From contig NC_043004.1 in assembly GCF_006345805.1 (NCBI RefSeq), positions 75,516,001 to 75,580,000 on the forward strand: DNA of 64,000 nucleotides, given 5' to 3'. This document shows, piece by piece, positions 63,129 to 64,000 of this stretch (position 1 is its first letter; each line of letters starts with the position of its first letter). Source of the stretch: Octopus sinensis. Taxonomy: Eukaryota. The notes under the pieces are model-generated. The model saw only the letters and a program-made list of their open reading frames with translations, was not told where the DNA came from and searched no databases. The position numbers and the translations under genes were made by a program.

Positions 63129-63947
63129 GTAGGATAAAATTTTTTTCGAAAAAAATTTTTATCAATGGCTAGCATATTAAAAAATACCTTTAAAGGTTAA
63201 ATTTATAAATAACTTATAAAATAAGGGCAAAAGTAAAATTCTAATTAGAATTTTTATTTTGCCCTTATTTTATAAGTTATATATATAATTTGGGAAAACG
63301 AATTTCAGAGAAAAAAAATTGTCAGAGCTTTAATGCTTCTGGGAGACCCAACTTCACATACAGGACCAGGGGTGACTTTTTATGAAACTTGATTTTTCAA
63401 AAGGAAAAAGAGAAAAGGGGAGGGGGAATCACATATGCCATGAAATACAGTCGTCACCTTCCCAGCCAGTAAACTGGCTGAAGTCAGTACAGTTTCAGTT
63501 TCATTTCATACCAGCAATCTAACATTGTGTATACTTTTAGGAAATGTTACAATATCTCCTTTCCCTTTGACATAATTCAAACAAAATTAATGTTTATTGT
63601 ATTGCATCTTGGGAAGGTCACTATATCAATAAACACAAACACTGGTTTTATTGCACTTTATTTGTCAATTGGTTAAATAGTTAAGAAATGAAACAGAGCC
63701 AGTGTGTGTGTTTATTATTGGCATAATGACCCTCTTAAAATACATCATAATATGTTTCAATACATGAAATCACATCAAAAATCATGCAAACCAAATACAA
63801 AGATGGAACTAATATTCAAAATATTTATCTTTTTCATTTTACTTTCTTTCTTTAAACAGAGGTCACAGCAATTACAGTTCCTATTGTTCTACTGCTGATC
63901 ATGGGAAGCTTGACTCTAGCTGGTTATTACCTCATTAAAAAACGCAG
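33471..63947 (+). CDS. LRP2: Megalin / LDL receptor-related protein 2, 3' part (16 exons: LDLa cluster, EGF, cbEGF, YWTD propeller, EGF, EGF, TM); 5' part and cytoplasmic tail not in window
   Basis: Exons were translated by hand; all have AG/GT boundaries with matching phases except one discrepancy in the 62646-62710 exon. Domain order and motifs ([11 protein letters not shown] linker, [26 protein letters not shown]) resemble the C-terminal ectodomain of LRP2 as I recall it. Confidence 0.9.
33704..35052. mobile_element. Non-autonomous Tc1/mariner-superfamily (pogo-like) element
   Basis: 27-bp imperfect TIRs (CTGTAAAAACCCATGTAATTTATGCAC / GTGCGCAAATTACATGGGTTTTTACGG) flanked by TA at both ends. 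Confidence 0.7.
35976..36221 (+). CDS. LRP2: LRP2 exon: two LDLa repeats
   Basis: tacag|CT...TGTA|gtatga; [36 protein letters not shown]...[18 protein letters not shown]; 246 bp. Confidence 0.92.
36841..37083. mobile_element. Tigger/pogo-like MITE
   Basis: Imperfect TIRs CAAGTCATCATCAACTTAGGAC / GTCATAAGTCAACGACGACCTG with TA flanks. Confidence 0.55.
39545..39850 (-). mobile_element. tRNA-derived SINE family (ctccctgagaacta body)
   Basis: Aligns by eye with copies at about 32945-33243+, 41905-42190+ and 46505-46810-. Confidence 0.7.
40419..40541 (+). CDS. LRP2: LRP2 exon: LDLa repeat
   Basis: tttag|AA...TGTG|gtaagt; [40 protein letters not shown]; 123 bp. Confidence 0.92.
42551..42723 (+). 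CDS. LRP2: LRP2 exon: LDLa repeat plus start of next
   Basis: tctag|CT...ACT|gtgaga; [57 protein letters not shown]; phase 1-0. Confidence 0.92.
43570..44200 (-). mobile_element. Mariner transposase C-terminal half with 3' TIR, in LRP2 intron
   Basis: [13 protein letters not shown]...[47 protein letters not shown]...LQHRWRKC...DYVEK. Confidence 0.9.
44599..44987. repeat. Long imperfect inverted repeat (~156-bp arms, ~77-bp spacer)
   Basis: 44599-44754 vs reverse complement of 44832-44987. Confidence 0.9.
45157..45364 (+). CDS. LRP2: LRP2 exon: LDLa repeats
   Basis: ataag|GTC...CTTT|gtaagt; [21 protein letters not shown]...[18 protein letters not shown]; phase 0-1. Confidence 0.92.
48475..48600 (+). 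CDS. LRP2: LRP2 exon: last LDLa repeat of cluster
   Basis: ttag|GC...TGCA|gtaagt; [42 protein letters not shown]; 126 bp. Confidence 0.92.
50472..50612 (+). CDS. LRP2: LRP2 exon: EGF-like domain
   Basis: tacag|TT...GTGG|gtaggt; [46 protein letters not shown]; 141 bp. Confidence 0.9.
50820..51170. repeat. GAT/GGT/GAG triplet low-complexity tract (intronic)
   Basis: Direct inspection. Confidence 0.9.
51290..51421 (+). CDS. LRP2: LRP2 exon: calcium-binding EGF domain
   Basis: ttcag|AT...ACAA|gtaagt; [44 protein letters not shown]; 132 bp. Confidence 0.92.
51877..52079. mobile_element. piggyBac-type MITE
   Basis: TTAA|CCCTTTAGCATT...AATGCTAAAGGG|TTAA; inserted in the TTAA of a SINE tail. Confidence 0.85.
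52123..52399 (+). CDS. LRP2: LRP2 exon: YWTD beta-propeller, part 1
   Basis: tacag|AG...TCAGG|gtaaat; ...[15 protein letters not shown]...[11 protein letters not shown]; phase 1-2. Confidence 0.92.
53170..53950 (+). mobile_element. RTE-clade LINE 3' end with ~43-bp tandem units in the UTR
   Basis: [43 protein letters not shown]; (GAT)n tail; about 5 tandem units at 53461-53650. Confidence 0.8.
54247..54417. repeat. Near-perfect inverted repeat (81-bp arms, 9-nt loop, 1 mismatch)
   Basis: 54247-54327 pairs with 54337-54417. Confidence 0.95.
54813..54941 (+). CDS. LRP2: LRP2 exon: YWTD propeller, part 2
   Basis: aacag|G...ACAGG|gtaggc; [43 protein letters not shown]; 129 bp. Confidence 0.92.
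55390..56130 (+). mobile_element. RTE-clade LINE ORF2 C-terminal remnant
   Basis: [48 protein letters not shown] ... [48 protein letters not shown]. Confidence 0.85.
55673..55924. repeat. Minisatellite, 14 x 18 bp (AAGAGGCACCAGATGTAC)
   Basis: 14 head-to-tail units counted by hand, no spacers. Confidence 0.95.
57871..58094 (+). CDS. LRP2: LRP2 exon: YWTD propeller, part 3
   Basis: ttcag|C...AATG|gtatca; [24 protein letters not shown]...[13 protein letters not shown]...; phase 2-1. Confidence 0.92.
58739..58912 (+). CDS. LRP2: LRP2 exon: YWTD propeller, part 4
   Basis: ttcag|CA...AAAG|gtaagt; [32 protein letters not shown]...; 174 bp. Confidence 0.92.
59517..59642 (+). CDS. LRP2: LRP2 exon: EGF domain after propeller
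   Basis: tgtag|TC...GCAG|gtaaga; [41 protein letters not shown]; 126 bp. Confidence 0.93.
60883..60981 (+). CDS. LRP2: LRP2 exon: juxtamembrane EGF domain (first part)
   Basis: attag|CA...GAAG|gtaaga; [32 protein letters not shown]; 99 bp. Confidence 0.88.
62488..62594. repeat. Loop-less palindrome
   Basis: Centre 62540/62541; inner 20 bp perfect. Confidence 0.92.
62646..62710 (+). CDS. LRP2: LRP2 exon: end of last EGF plus stalk; carries an apparent 1-nt deficit and in-frame TGA
   Basis: tcaag|GC TAT TAT GGT GTG GAT TGT (GYYGVDC) completes the EGF; donor gtaagt at 62711. The exon is 65 bp (66 is needed for phase 1-1) and has TGA at 62690-62692. Confidence 0.75.
63209..63280. repeat. Loop-less palindrome, related family
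   Basis: Centre 63244/63245; 36-bp arms, 2 mismatches. Confidence 0.9.
63860..63947 (+). CDS. LRP2: LRP2 exon: transmembrane helix and stop-transfer
   Basis: aacag|AG...CGCAG|gtaaga; [28 protein letters not shown]. Confidence 0.88.
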
Positions 63948-64000
63948 GTAAGAATATTTAAAAAGACTCAACAAGAACTCAGAGAGTGTGGCATTTATTT

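Overview
AT-rich, microsatellite- and SINE-dense metazoan DNA. The repeat families look like those of an octopus (coleoid cephalopod); this is an inference. A 100-N scaffold gap (31756-31855) splits the window into two very different halves. The left half has no host exons that I can find. It holds a recent but disabled Ty3/Gypsy element with identical 236-bp LTRs and a 4-bp TSD, a probable solo LTR, and remnants of Penelope-like (GIY-YIG), mariner, CR1, Helitron-like and SINE elements, whose CpGs are largely intact. The right half holds 16 phase-compatible exons of the 3' part of a megalin/LRP2 gene on the + strand: 8 LDLa repeats, EGF, cbEGF, a YWTD propeller, two EGFs and the transmembrane helix. 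Its introns contain CpG-decayed repeat copies and many fold-back hairpins. The main points for follow-up are an apparent frameshift/stop in the juxtamembrane exon, intronic inverted repeats close to LRP2 acceptors, hammerhead-like cores in Penelope-type ends, and the abrupt change in CpG decay at the gap.
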